A stretch of 64,000 nucleotides of DNA. Source: Eledone cirrhosa (taxonomy: Eukaryota). The first letter of the stretch is position 1, and each line of letters starts with the position of its first letter. Below, in pieces: positions 27,916 through 40,500 of the stretch. Where the stretch lies: contig CAXHJY010001571.1 in the NCBI GenBank assembly GCA_964016885.1, positions 124,001-188,000 of the forward strand, read 5' to 3'. Under the pieces are notes generated by a model. The model was not told the origin of the DNA and did no database searches. It saw nothing but the letters and a program-made list of their open reading frames with translations. Both the position numbers and the translations under genes were made by a program.

Positions 27916-30900
27916 TTATGGTGGTAGTGCTATTGATGTAGGTGGTAGTGGTAATGTTGTTGGTGGTAGTGGTAATGTTGTTGGTGGTAGTGGTAATGTT
28001 GTTGGTGGTAGTGATAATGTTGTTGGTGGTAGTGGTAATGTTGTTGGTGGTAGTGGTAATGATGTAGGTAGTAGTGGTAATGTTGTTGGTGGTAGTGGTA
28101 TTGTTGTTGGTGGTAGTGGTAATGTTGTTGGTGGTAGTGGTAATGTTGTTGGTGGTAGTGTCAATGTTGTTGGTGGTAGTGGTAATGTTGTTGGTGGTAG
28201 TGGTAATGTTGTTGGTGGTAGTGGTAATGTTGTTGGTGGTAGTGGTATTGTTGTTGATGGTAGTGGTAATGTTGTTGGTGGTAGTGGTAATGTTGTTGGT
28301 GGTAGTGGTATTGATGTTGGTGGTAGTGGTAATGTTGTTGGTGGTAGTGGTAATGTTGTTGGTGGTAGTGGTAATGTTGTTGATGGTAGTGGTAATGTTG
28401 TTGGTGGTAGTGGTAATGTTGTTGGTGGTAGTGCTAATGTTGTTGGTGGTAGTGGTAATGTTGTTGATGGTAGTGGTAATGTTGTTGGTGGTAGTGGTAA
28501 TGTTGTTGGTGGTAGTGGTATTGATGTTGGTGGTAGTGGTAATGTTGTTGGTGGTAGTGGTAATGTTGTTGGTGGTATTGGTAATGTTGTTGGTGGTAGT
28601 GGCAATGTTGTTGGTGGTAGTGGTAATGTTGTTGGTGGTAGTGGTAATGTTGTTGGTGGTAGTGGTAATGTTGTAGGTGGTAGTGGTAATGTTGTTGGTG
28701 GTAGTGGTAATGTTGTTGGTGGTAGTGGTAATGTTGTTGGTGGTAGTGCTATTGATGTAGGTGGTAGTGGTAATGTTGTTGGTGGTAGTGGCAATGTTGT
28801 TGGTGGTAGTGGTAATGTTGTTGGTGGTAGTGGTATTGATGTTGGTGGTAGTGGTAATGTTGTTGGTGGTAGTGCTATTGATGTAGGTGGTAGTGGTAAT
28901 GTTGTTGGTGGTAGTGGTAATGTTGTTGGTGGTAGTGGTAATGTTGTTGGTGGTAGTGGTAATGTTGTTGGTGGTAGTGGTAATGTTGTTGGTGGTAGTG
29001 CTATTGATGTAGGTGGTAGTGGTAATGTTGTTGGTGGTAGTGGTAATGTTGTTGGTGGTAGTGCTAATGTTGTTGGTGGTAGTGGTAATGATGTTGGTGG
29101 TAGTGGTAATGTTGTTGGTGGTAGTGGTAATGTTGTTGGTGGTAGTGGTAATGTTGTTGGTGATAGTGGTAATGTTGTTGGTGGTAGTGGTATTGATGTT
29201 GGTGGAAGTGGTAATGTTGTTGGTGGTAGTGGTAATGTTGTTGGTGGTAGTGGTATTGATGTAGGTGGTAGTGGTATTGATGTTGGTGGTAGTGGTAATG
29301 TTGTTGGTGATAGTGGCAATGTTGTTGGTGGTAGTGGTATTGATGTTGGTGGTAGTGGTAATGTTGTTGGTGGTAGTGGTAATGTTGTAGGTGGTAGTGG
29401 TATTGATGTTGGTGGTAGTGGTAATGTTGTTGGTGGTAGTGGTAATGTTGTTGGTGGTAGTAGTAGTGATGTAGGTGGTAGTGGTAATGTTGTTGGTGGT
29501 AGTGGTAATGTTGTTGGTAGTAGTGGCAATGTTGTTGGTGGTAGTGGTAATGTTGTTGGTGGTAGTGGTAATGTTGTTGGTGGTAGTGGTAATGTTGTTG
29601 GTGGTAGTGGTAATGTTGTTGGTGGTAGTGGTATTGTTCTTGGTGGTAGTGGTAATATGTTGGTGGTAGTGGCAATGTTGTTGGTGGTAGTGGTAATGTT
29701 GTTGGTGGTAGTGGTATTGATGCAGGTGGTAGTGGTAATGTTGTTGGTGGTAGTGGTAGTGTTGTTGGTGGTAGTGGTAATGTTGTTGGTGGTATTGGTA
29801 TTGATGTAGGTGGTAGTGGTAATGTTGTTGGTGGTAGTGGTAATGTTGTTGGTGGTAGTGGTAATGTTGTTGGTGGTAGTGGTAATGTTGTTGGTGGTAG
29901 TGGTAATGTTGTTGGTGGTAGTGGTATTGATGCAGGTGGTAGTGGTAATGTTGTTGGTGGTAGTGGTAGTGTTGTTGGTGGTAGTGGTAATGTTGTTGGT
30001 GGTATTGGTATTGATGTAGGTGGTAGTGGTAATGTTGTTGGTGGTAGTGGTAATGTTGTTGGTGGTAGTGGTAATGTTGTTGGTGGTAGTGGTAATGTTG
30101 TTGGTGGTAGTGGTAATGTTGTTGGTGGTAGTGGTATTGATGCAGGTGGTAGTGGTAATGTTGTTGGTGGTAGTGGTAGTGTTGTTGGTGGTAGTGGTAA
30201 TGTTGTTGGTGGTAGTGGTAATGTTGTTGGTGGTAGTGGTAATGTTGTTGGTGGTAGTGGTAATGTTGTTGGTGGTAGTGGTAATGTTGTTGGTGGTAGT
30301 GGTAATGTTGTTGGTGGTAGTGGTAATGTTGTTGGTGGTAGTGGTAATGTTGTTGGTGGTAGTGGTAGTGTTGTTGGTGGTAGTGGTAATGTTGTTGGTG
30401 GTACTGGTATTGATGTAGGTGGTAGTGGTAATGTTGTTGGTGGTAGTGGTAATGTTGTTGGTGGTAGTGGTAATGTTGTTGGTGGTAGTGGTAATGTTGT
30501 TGGTGGTAGTGGTATTGATGTTGGTGGTAGTGGTAGTGTTGTTGGTGGTAGTGGTATTGATGTTGGTGGTAGTGGTAATGTTGTTGGTGGTAGTGGTAAT
30601 GTTGTTGGTGGTAGTGGTAATGTTGTTGGTGGTAGTGGTAATGTTGTTGGTGGTAGTGGTATTGATGTTGGTGGTAGTGGTAATGTTGTTGGTGGTAGTG
30701 GTAATGTTGTCGGTGGTATTGGCAATGTTGTTGGTGGTAGTGGTAATGTTGTTGGTGGTAGTGGTAATGTTGTTGGTGGTAGTGGCAATGTTGTTGGTGG
30801 TAGTGGTAATGTTGTTGATGGTAGTGGTAATGTTGTTGGTGGTAGTGGTAATGTTGTTTGTGGTATTGGTAATGTTGTCGGTGGTATTGGCAATGTTGTT

Positions 30901-31042
30901 GGTGGTAGTGGTAATGTTGTTGGTGGTAGTGGTAATGTTGTTGGTGGTAGTGGCAATGTTGTTGGTGGTAGTGGTAATGTTGTTGGTGGTAGTGGTAATG
31001 TTGTTGGTGGTAGTGGTAATGTTGTTGGTGGTAGTGGTAATG
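24789..31042. repeat. Tandem duplication with 3,127-bp period (149 units minus two 1-bp deletions)
   Basis: ORF-track pairs are offset by exactly 3,127: 24789/27916, 24947/28074, 25886/29013, 26348/29475, 27292/30419. Confidence 0.9.
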
Positions 31043-31569
31043 TTGTTGGTGGTAATGGCAATGTTGTTGGTTGTAGTGGTAATGTTGTTGGTGGTAGTGG
31101 TAATGTTGTTGGTGGTAGTGGTAATGTTGTTGGTGGTAGTGGTAATGTTGTTGGTGGTAGTGGTAATGTTGTTGGTGGTATTGGTAATGTTGTTGGTGGT
31201 AGTGGTAATGTTGTTGGTGGTAGTGGCAATGTTGTTGGTGGTAGTGGTAATGTTGTTGGTGGTAGTGGCAATGTTATGGTGGTAGTGCTATTGATGTAGG
31301 TGGTAGTGGTAATGTTGTTGGTGGTAGTGGTAATGTTGTTGGTGGTAGTGGTAATGTTGTTGGTGGTAGTGATAATGTTGTTGGTGGTAGTGGTAATGTT
31401 GTTGGTGGTAGTGGTAATGATGTAGGTAGTAGTGGTAATGTTGTTGGTGGTAGTGGTATTGTTGTTGGTGGTAGTGGTAATGTTGTTGGTGGTAGTGGTA
31501 ATGTTGTTGGTGGTAGTGGTAATGTTGTTGGTGGTAGTGTCAATGTTGTTGGTGGTAGTGGTAATGTTG

Positions 31570-34500
31570 TTGGTGGTAGTGGTAATGTTGTTGGTGGTAG
31601 TGGCAATGTTGTTGGTGGTAGTGGTAATGTTGTTGGTGGTAGTGGCAATGTTGTTGGTGGTAGTGGTAATGTTGTTGGTGGTAGTGGCAATGTTGTTGGT
31701 GGTAGTGGTAATGTTGTTGGTGGTAGTGGTAATGTTGTTGGTGGTATTGGTATTGATGTTGGTGGTAGTGGTAATGTTGTTGGTGGTAGTGGTAATGTTG
31801 TTTGTGGTAGTGGTAATGTTGTTTGTGGTAGTGGTAATGTTGTTAGTGGTAGTGGTAATGTTGTTGGTGGTAGTGGTATTGATGTTGGTGGTAGTGGTAA
31901 TGTTGTTGGTGGTAGTGGTAATGTTGTTGGTGGTAGTGGTATTGATGTTGGTGGTAGTGGTAATGTTGTTGGTGGTAGTGGTATTGATGTTGGTGGTAGT
32001 GGTAATGTTGTTGGTGGTAGTGGTAATGTTGTTGGTGGTAGTGGTAATGTTGTTGGTGGTATTGGTATTGATGTTGGTGGTAGTGGCAATGTTGTTGGTG
32101 GTAGTGGTATTGATGTTGGTGGTAGTGGTAATGTTGTTGGTGGTAGTGGTAATGTTATTGGTGGTAGTGGTAATGTTGTTGGTGGTAGTGGTAATGTTGT
32201 TGGTGGTAGTGGTAATGTTATTGGTGGTAGTGGTAATGTTGTTGGTAGTAGTGGTAATGTTGTTGGTGGTAGTGGTAATGTTGTTGGTGGTAGTGGTAAT
32301 GTTGATGGTGGTAGTGGTAATGATCTTGGCTGTAGTGGTAATGTTGTAGGTGGTAGTGGTAATGTTGTTGGTGGTAGTGGTAATGTTGTTGGAGGTAGTG
32401 GTAATGTTGTTGGTGGTAGTGGTAATGTTGTAGGTGGTAGTGGTAATGTTGTTGGTGGTAGTGGTAATGTTGTTGGTGGTAGTGGTAATGTTGTTGGTGG
32501 TAGTGGTAATGTTGATGGTGGTAGTGGTAATGTTGTTGGTGGTAGTGGTAATGTTGTTGGTGGTAGTGGTAATGTTGTTGGTGGTAGTGGCAATGTTGTT
32601 GGTGATAGTGGTAATGTTGTTGGTGGTAGTGGTAATGTTGTTGGGGATAGTGGTAATGTTGTAGGTGGTAGTGATAATGTTGTTGGTGGTAGTGGTAATG
32701 TTGTAGGTGGTAGTGGTAATGTTGTTGGTGGTAGTGGTAATGTTGTTGGTGGTAGTGGTAATGTTGTTGGTGGTAGTGGTATTGATGTTGGTGGTAGTGG
32801 CAATGTTGTTGGTGGTAGTGGTAATGTTGTTGGTGGTAGTGGTAATGTTGTTGGTGGTATTGGTAATGTTGTTGGTGGTAGTGGCAATGTTGTTGGTGAT
32901 AGTGGTAATGTTGTTGGTGGTAGTGGTAATGTTGTTGGGGATAGTGGTAATGTTGTAGGTGGTAGTGATAATGTTGTTGGTGGTAGTGGTAATGTTGTAG
33001 GTGGTAGTGGTAATGTTGGTGGTAGTGGTAATGTTGTTGGTGGTAGTGGTAATGTTATTGGTGGTAGTGGTAATGTTGTTGGTGGTAGTGGTATTGTTCT
33101 TGGTGGTAGTGGTAATGTTGTTGGTGGTATTGGCAATGTTATTGGTGGTAGTGGTAATGTTGTTGGTGGTATTGGTAATGTTGTTGGTGGTAGTGGTAAT
33201 GTTGTTGGTGGTAGTGGCAATGTTGTTGGTGGTAGTGGTAATGTTGTTGGGGGTAGTGGTAATGTTGTTGGTGGTAGTGGTAATGTTGTTGGTGGTAGTG
33301 GTAATGTTGTTGGTGGTAGTGGTAATGTTGTTGGTGGTAGTGGCAATGTTGTTGGTGGTAGTGGTAATGTAATTGGTGGTAGTGGTAATGTTGTTGGTGG
33401 TAGTGGTAATGTTGTTGGTGGTAGTGGTAATGTTGTTGGTGGTAGTGGCAATGTTGTTGGTGGTAGTGGTAATGTTGTTGGTGGTAGTGGTAATGTTGTT
33501 GGTGGTAGTGGCAATGTTGTCGGTGGTAGTGGTAATGTTGTTGGTGGTAGTGGTAATGTTGTTGGTGGTAGTGGTAATGTTGTTGGTGGTAGTGGCAATG
33601 TTGTTGGTGGTAGTGGTAATGTTGTTGGTGGTAGTGGTAATGTTGTTGGTGGTAGTGGCAATGTTGTTGGTGGTAGTGGTAATGTTATTGGTGGTAGTGG
33701 TAATGTTGTTGGTGGTAGTGGTAATGTTGTTGGTGGTAGTGGTAATGATGTTGGTGGTAGTGGTAATGTTGTTGGTGGTAGTGGTAATGATCTTGGCTGT
33801 AGTGGTAATGTTGTAGGTGGTAGTGGTAATGTTGTTGGTGGTAGTGGTAATGTTGTTGGTGGTAGTGGTAATGTTGTTGGTGGTATTGGCAATGTTGTTG
33901 GTGGTAGTGGTAATGTTGTTGGTGGTAGTGGTAATGTTGTTGGTGGTAGTGGTATTGTTCTTGGTGGTAGTGGTAATGTTGTTGGTGGTAGTGGTATTGT
34001 TCTTGGTGGTAGTGGTATTGATGTAGGTGGTAGTGGCAATGTTGTTGGTGGTAGTGGTATTGATGTTGGTGGTAGTGGCAATGTTGTTGGTGGTAGTGGT
34101 AATGTTGTAGGTGGTAGTGGTAATGTTGTTGGTGGTAGTGGTAATGTTGTTGGTGGTATTGGTAATGTTGTTGGTGGTATTGGCAATGTTGTTGGTGGTA
34201 GTGGTAATGTTGTTGGTGGTAGTGGTAATGTTGTTGGTGGTAGTGGTAATGTTGTTGGTGGTAGTGGTATTGTTCTTGGTGGTAGTGGTAATGTTGTTGG
34301 TGGTAGTGGTATTGTTCTTGGTGGTAGTGGTATTGATGTAGGTGGTAGTGGCAATGTTGTTGGTGGTAGTGGTATTGATGTTGGTGGTAGTGGCAATGTT
34401 GTTGGTGGTAGTGGTAATGTTGTAGGTGGTAGTGGTAATGTTGTTGGTGGTAGTGGCAATGTTGTTGGTGGTAGTGGTAATGTTGTTGGTGGTAGTGGTA

Positions 34501-37500
34501 ATGTTGTTGGTGGTAGTGGCAATGTTGTTGGTGGTAGTGGTAATGTTATTGGTGGTAGTGGTAATGTTGTTGGTGGTAGTGGTAATGTTGTTGGTGGTAG
34601 TGGTAATGTTGTTGGTGGTAGTGGTAATGTTGTTGGTGGTAGTGGTAATGTTGTTGGTGGTAGTGGCAATGTTGTTGGTGGTAGTGGTAATGTTATTGGT
34701 GGTAGTGGTAATGTTGTTGGTGGTAGTGGTAATGTTGTTGGTGGTAGTGGTAATGTTGTTGGTGGTAGTGGTAATGTTGTTGGTGGTAGTGGCAATGTTA
34801 TTGGTGGTAGTGGTAATGTTGTTGGTGGTAGTGGTAATGTTGTTGGTGGTAGTGGTAATGTTGTTGGTGGTAGTGGTATTGATGTAGGTGGTAGTGGTAA
34901 TGTTGTTGGTGGTAGTGGTATTGATGCAGGTGGTAGTGGTAATGTTGTTGGTGGTAGTGGTAATGTTGTTGGTGGTAGTGGTAATGTTGTTGGTGGTAGT
35001 GGTATTGATGTAGGTGGTAGTGGTAATGTTGTTGGTGGTAGTGGTAATGATGTAGGTGGTAGTGGTAATGTTATTGGTGGTAGTGGTAATGTTGTTGGTG
35101 GCAGTGGTAATGTTGTTGGTGGTAGTGGTAATGTTGTTGGTGGTAGTGGTAATGTTGTTGGTGGTAGTGGTAATGTTGTTGGTGGTAGTGGTAATGTTGT
35201 TGGTGGTAGTGGTAATGATGTAGGTGGTAGTGGTAATGTTGTTGGTGGTAGTGGTATTGATGTAGGTGGTAGTGGTAATGATGTAGGTGGTAGTGGTAAT
35301 GTTGTTGGTGGTAGTGGTATTGATGTAGGTGGTAGTGGTAATGATGTAGGTGGTAGTGGTAATGTTGTTGGTGGTAGTGGTAATGTTGTTGGCGGTAGTG
35401 GTAATGTTGTTGGTGGTAGTGGTAATGTTGTTGGTGGTAGTGGCAATGTTGTTGGTGGTAGTGGTAATGTTGTTGGTGGTATTGGTAATGTTGTTGGTGG
35501 TAGTGGCAATGTTGTTGGCGGTAGTGGTAATGTTGTTGGTGGTAGTGGTAATGTTGTTGGTGGTAGTGGCAATGTTGTTGGTGGTAGTGGTAATGTTATT
35601 GGTGGTAGTGGTAATGTTGTTGGTGGTAGTGGCAATGTTATTGGTGGTAGTGGTAATGTTGTTGGTGGTAGTGGTAATGTTGTTGGTGGTAGTGGTAATG
35701 TTGTTGGTGGTAGTGGTATTGATGTAGGTGGTAGTGGTAATGTTGTTGGTGGTAGTGGTAATGATGTAGGTGGTAGTGGTAATGTTGTTGGTGGTAGTGG
35801 TAATGTTGTTGGTGGTAGTGGTAATGTTGTTGGTGGTAGTGGTAATGTTGTTGGTGGTAGTGGTAATGTTGTTGGTGGTAGTGGTAATGTTGTTGGTGGT
35901 AGTGGTATTGATGTAGGTGGTAGTGGTAATGTTGTTGGTGGTAGTGGTAATGATGTAGGTGGTATTGGTAATGTTGTTGGTGGTATTGGTAATGTTGTTG
36001 GTGGTAGTGGCAATGTTGTTGGTGGTAGTGGTAATGTTGTTGGTGGTAGTGGCAATGTTGTTGGTGGTAGTGGTAATGTTGTTGGTGGTAGAAGCAATGT
36101 TGTTGGTGGTAGTGGTAATGTTGTTGGTGGTAGTGGTAATGTTGTTGGTGGTATTGGTATTGATGTTGGTGGTAGTGGTAATGTTGTTGGTGGTAGTGGT
36201 AATGTTGTTGGTGGTAGTGGTAATGTTGTTGGTGGTAGTGGTAATGTTGTTAGTGGTAGTGGTAATGTTGTTGGTGGTAGTGGTATTGATGTTGGTGGTA
36301 GTGGTAATGTTGTTGGTGGTAGTGGTAATGTTGTTGGTGGTAGTGGTATTGATGTTGGTGGTAGTGGTAATGTTGTTGGTGGTAGTGGTATTGATGTTGG
36401 TGGTAGTGGTAATGTTGTTGGTGGTAGTGGTAATGTTGTTGGTGGTAGTGGTAATGTTGTTGGTGGTATTGGTATTGATGTTGGTGGTAGTGGCAATGTT
36501 GTTGGTGGTAGTGGTATTGATGTTGGTGGTAGTGGTAATGTTGTTGGTGGTAGTGGTAATGTTATTGGTGGTAGTGGTAATGTTGTTGGTGGTAGTGGTA
36601 ATGTTGTTGGTGGTAGTGGTAATGTTATTGGTGGTAGTGGTAATGTTGTTGGTAGTAGTGGTAATGTTGTTGGTGGTAGTGGTAATGTTGTTGGTGGTAG
36701 TGGTAATGTTGATGGTGGTAGTGGTAATGATCTTGGCTGTAGTGGTAATGTTGTAGGTGGTAGTGGTAATGTTGTTGGTGGTAGTGGTAATGTTGTTGGA
36801 GGTAGTGGTAATGTTGTTGGTGGTAGTGGTAATGTTGTAGGTGGTAGTGGTAATGTTGTTGGTGGTAGTGGTAATGTTGTTGGTGGTAGTGGTAATGTTG
36901 TTGGTGGTAGTGGTAATGTTGATGGTGGTAGTGGTAATGTTGTTGGTGGTAGTGGTAATGTTGTTGGTGGTAGTGGTAATGTTGTTGGTGGTAGTGGCAA
37001 TGTTGTTGGTGATAGTGGTCATGTTGTTGGTGGTAGTGGTAATGTTGTTGGGGATAGTGGTAATGTTGTAGGTGGTAGTGATAATGTTGTTGGTGGTAGT
37101 GGTAATGTTGTAGGTGGTAGTGGCAATGTTGTTGGTGGTAGTGGTAATGTTGTTGGTGGTAGTGGTAATGTTGTTGGTGGTAGTGGTATTGATGTTGGTG
37201 GTAGTGGTAATGTTGTTGGTGGTAGTGGTAATGTTGTTGGTAGTAGTGGCAATGTTGTTGGTGGTAGTGGTAATGTTGTTGGTGGTAGTGGTAATGTTGT
37301 TGGTGGTATTGGTAATGTTGTTGGTGGTAGTGGCAATGTTGTTGGTGATAGTGGTAATGTTGTTGGTGGTAGTGGTAATGTTGTTGGGGATAGTGGTAAT
37401 GTTGTAGGTGGTAGTGATAATGTTGTTGGTGGTAGTGGTAATGTTGTAGGTGGTAGTGGTAATGTTGGTGGTAGTGGTAATGTTGTTGGTGGTAGTGGTA

Positions 37501-40500
37501 ATGTTATTGGTGGTAGTGGTAATGTTGTTGGTGGTAGTGGTTTTGTTCTTGGTGGTAGTGGTAATGTTGTTGGTGGTATTGGCAATGTTATTGGTGGTAG
37601 TGGTAATGTTGTTGGTGGTAGTGGTGATGTTGTTGGTGGTAGTGGTAATGTTGTTGGTGGTAGTGGCAATGTTGTTGGTGGTAGTGGTAATGTTGTTGGG
37701 GGTAGTGGTAATGTTGTTGGTGGTAGTGGTAATGTTGTTGGTGGTAGTGGTAATGTTGTTGGTGGTAGTGGTAATGTTGTTGGTGGTAGTGGCAATGTTG
37801 TTGGTGGTAGTGGTAATGTAATTGGTGGTAGTGGTAATGTTGTTGGTGGTAGTGGTAATGTTGTTGGTGGTAGTGGTAATGTTGTTGGTGGTAGTGGCAA
37901 TGTTGTTGGTGGTAGTGGTAATGTTGTTGGTGGTAGTGGTAATGTTGTTGGTGGTAGTGGCAATGTTGTCGGTGGTAGTGGTAATGTTGTTGGTGGTAGT
38001 GGTAATGTTGTTGGTGGTAGTGGTAATGTTGTTGGTGGTAGTGGCAATGTTGTTGGTGGTAGTGGTAATATTGTTGGTGGTAGTGGTAATGTTGTTGGTG
38101 GTAGTGGCAATGTTGTTGGTGGTAGTGGTAATGTTATTGGTGGTAGTGGTAATGTTGTTGGTGGTAGTGGTAATGTTGTTGGTGGTAGTGGTAATGCTGT
38201 TGGTGGTAGTGGTAATGTTGTTGGTGGTAGTGGTAATGATCTTGGCTGTAGTGGTAATGTTGTAGGTGGTAGTGGTAATGTTGTTGGTGGTAGTGGTAAT
38301 GTTGTTGGTGGTAGTGGTAATGTTGTTGGTGGTATTGGCAATGTTGTTGGTGGTAGTGGTAATGTTGTTGGTGGTAGTGGTAATGTTGTTGGTGGTAGTG
38401 GTATTGTTCTTGGTGGTAGTGGTAATGTTGTTGGTGGTAGTGGTATTGTTCTTGGTGGTAGTGGTATTGATGTAAGTGGTAGTGGCAATGTTGTTGGTGG
38501 TAGTGGTAATGTTATTGGTGGTAGTGGTAATGTTGTTGGTGGTAGTGGTAATGTTGTTGGTGGTAGTGGTAATGTTGTTGGTGGTAGTGGTAATGTTGTT
38601 GGTGGTAGTGGCAATGTTATTGGTGGTAGTGGTAATGTTGTTGGTGGTAGTGGTAATGTTGTTGGTGGTAGTGGTAATGTTGTTGGTGGTAGTGGTATTG
38701 ATGTAGGTGGTAGTGGTAATGTTGTTGGTGGTAGTGGTATTGATGCAGGTGGTAGTGGTAATGTTGTTGGTGGTAGTGGTAATGTTGTTGGTGGTAGTGG
38801 TAATGTTGTTGGTGGTAGTGGTATTGATGTAGGTGGTAGTGGTAATGTTGTTGGTGGTAGTGGTAATGATGTAGGTGGTAGTGGTAATGTTGTTGGTGGT
38901 AGTGGTAATGTTGTTGGTGGTAGTGGTCATGTTGTTGGTGGTAGTGGTAATGTTGTTGGTGGTAGTGGTAATGTTGTTGGTGGTAGTGGTAATGTTGTTG
39001 GTGGTAGTGGTAATGTTGTTGGTGGTAGTGGTAATGTTGTTGGTGGTAGTGGTAATGATGTAGGTGGTAGTGGTAATGTTGTTGGTGGTAGTGGTATTGA
39101 TGTAGGTGGTAGTGGTAATGATGTAGGTGGTAGTGGTAATGTTGTTGGTGGTAGTGGTATTGATGTAGGTGGTAGTGGTATTGATGTAGGTGGTAGTGGT
39201 AATGTTGTTGGTGGTAGTGGTAATGTTGTTGGCGGTAGTGGTAATGTTGTTGGTGGTAGTGGTAATGTTGTTGGTGGTAGTGGTAATGTTGTTGGTGGTA
39301 GTGGTAATGTTGTTGGTGGTATTGGCAATGTTGTTGGTGGTAGTGGTAATGTTGTTGGTAGTAGTGGTAATGTTGTTGGTGGTAGTGGTAATGTTGTTGG
39401 TGGTAGTGGTAATGTTGTTGGTGGTAGTGGTAATGTTGTTGGTGGTAGTGGTAATGTTGTTGGTGGTAGTGGCAATGTTGTTGGTGGTAGTGGTAATGTT
39501 GTTGGTGGTATTGGTAATGTTGTTGGTGGTAGTGGCAATGTTGTTGGCGGTAGTGGTAATGTTGTTGGTGGTAGTGGTAATGTTGTTGGTGGTAGTGGCA
39601 ATGTTGTTGGTGGTAGTGGTAATGTTATTGGTGGTAGTGGTAATGTTGTTGGTGGTAGTGGCAATGTTATTGGTGGTAGTGGTAATGTTGTTGGTGGTAG
39701 TGGTAATGTTGTTGGTGGTAGTGATAATGTTGTTGGTGGTAGTGGTATTGATGTAGGTGGTAGTGGTAATGTTGTTGGTGGTAGTGGTATTGATGCAGGT
39801 GGTAGTGGTAATGTTGTTGGTGGTAGTGGTAATGTTGTTGGTGGTAGTGGTAATGTTGTTGGTGGTAGTGGTATTGATGTAGGTGGTAGTGGTAATGTTG
39901 TTGGTGGTAGTGGTAATGATGTAGGTGGTAGTGGTAATGTTGTTGGTGGTAGTGGTAATGTTGTTGGTGGTAGTGGTAATGTTGTTGGTGGTAGTGGTAA
40001 TGTTGTTGGTGGTAGTGGTAATGTTGTTGGTGGCAGTGGTAATGTTGTTGGTGGTAGTGGTATTGATGTAGGTGGTAGTGGTAATGTTGTTGGTGGTAGT
40101 GGTAATGATGTAGGTGGTATTGGTAATGTTGTTGGTGGTATTGGTAATGTTGTTGGTGGTAGTGGCAATGTTGTTGGTGGTAGTGGTAATGTTGTTGGTG
40201 GTAGTGGCAATGTTGTTGGTGGTAGTGGTAATGTTGTTGGTGGTAGTGGCAATGTTGTTGGTGGTAGTGGTAATGTTGTTGGTGGTAGTGGTAATGTTGT
40301 TGGTGGTATTGGTATTGATGTTGGTGGTAGTGGTAATGTTGTTGGTGGTAGTGGTAATGTTGTTGGTGGTAGTGGTAATGTTGTTGGTGGTAGTGGTAAT
40401 GTTGTTAGTGGTAGTGGTAATGTTTTTGGTGGTAGTGGTATTGATGTTGGTGGTAGTGGTAATGTTGTTGGTGGTAGTGGTAATGTTGTTGGTGGTAGTG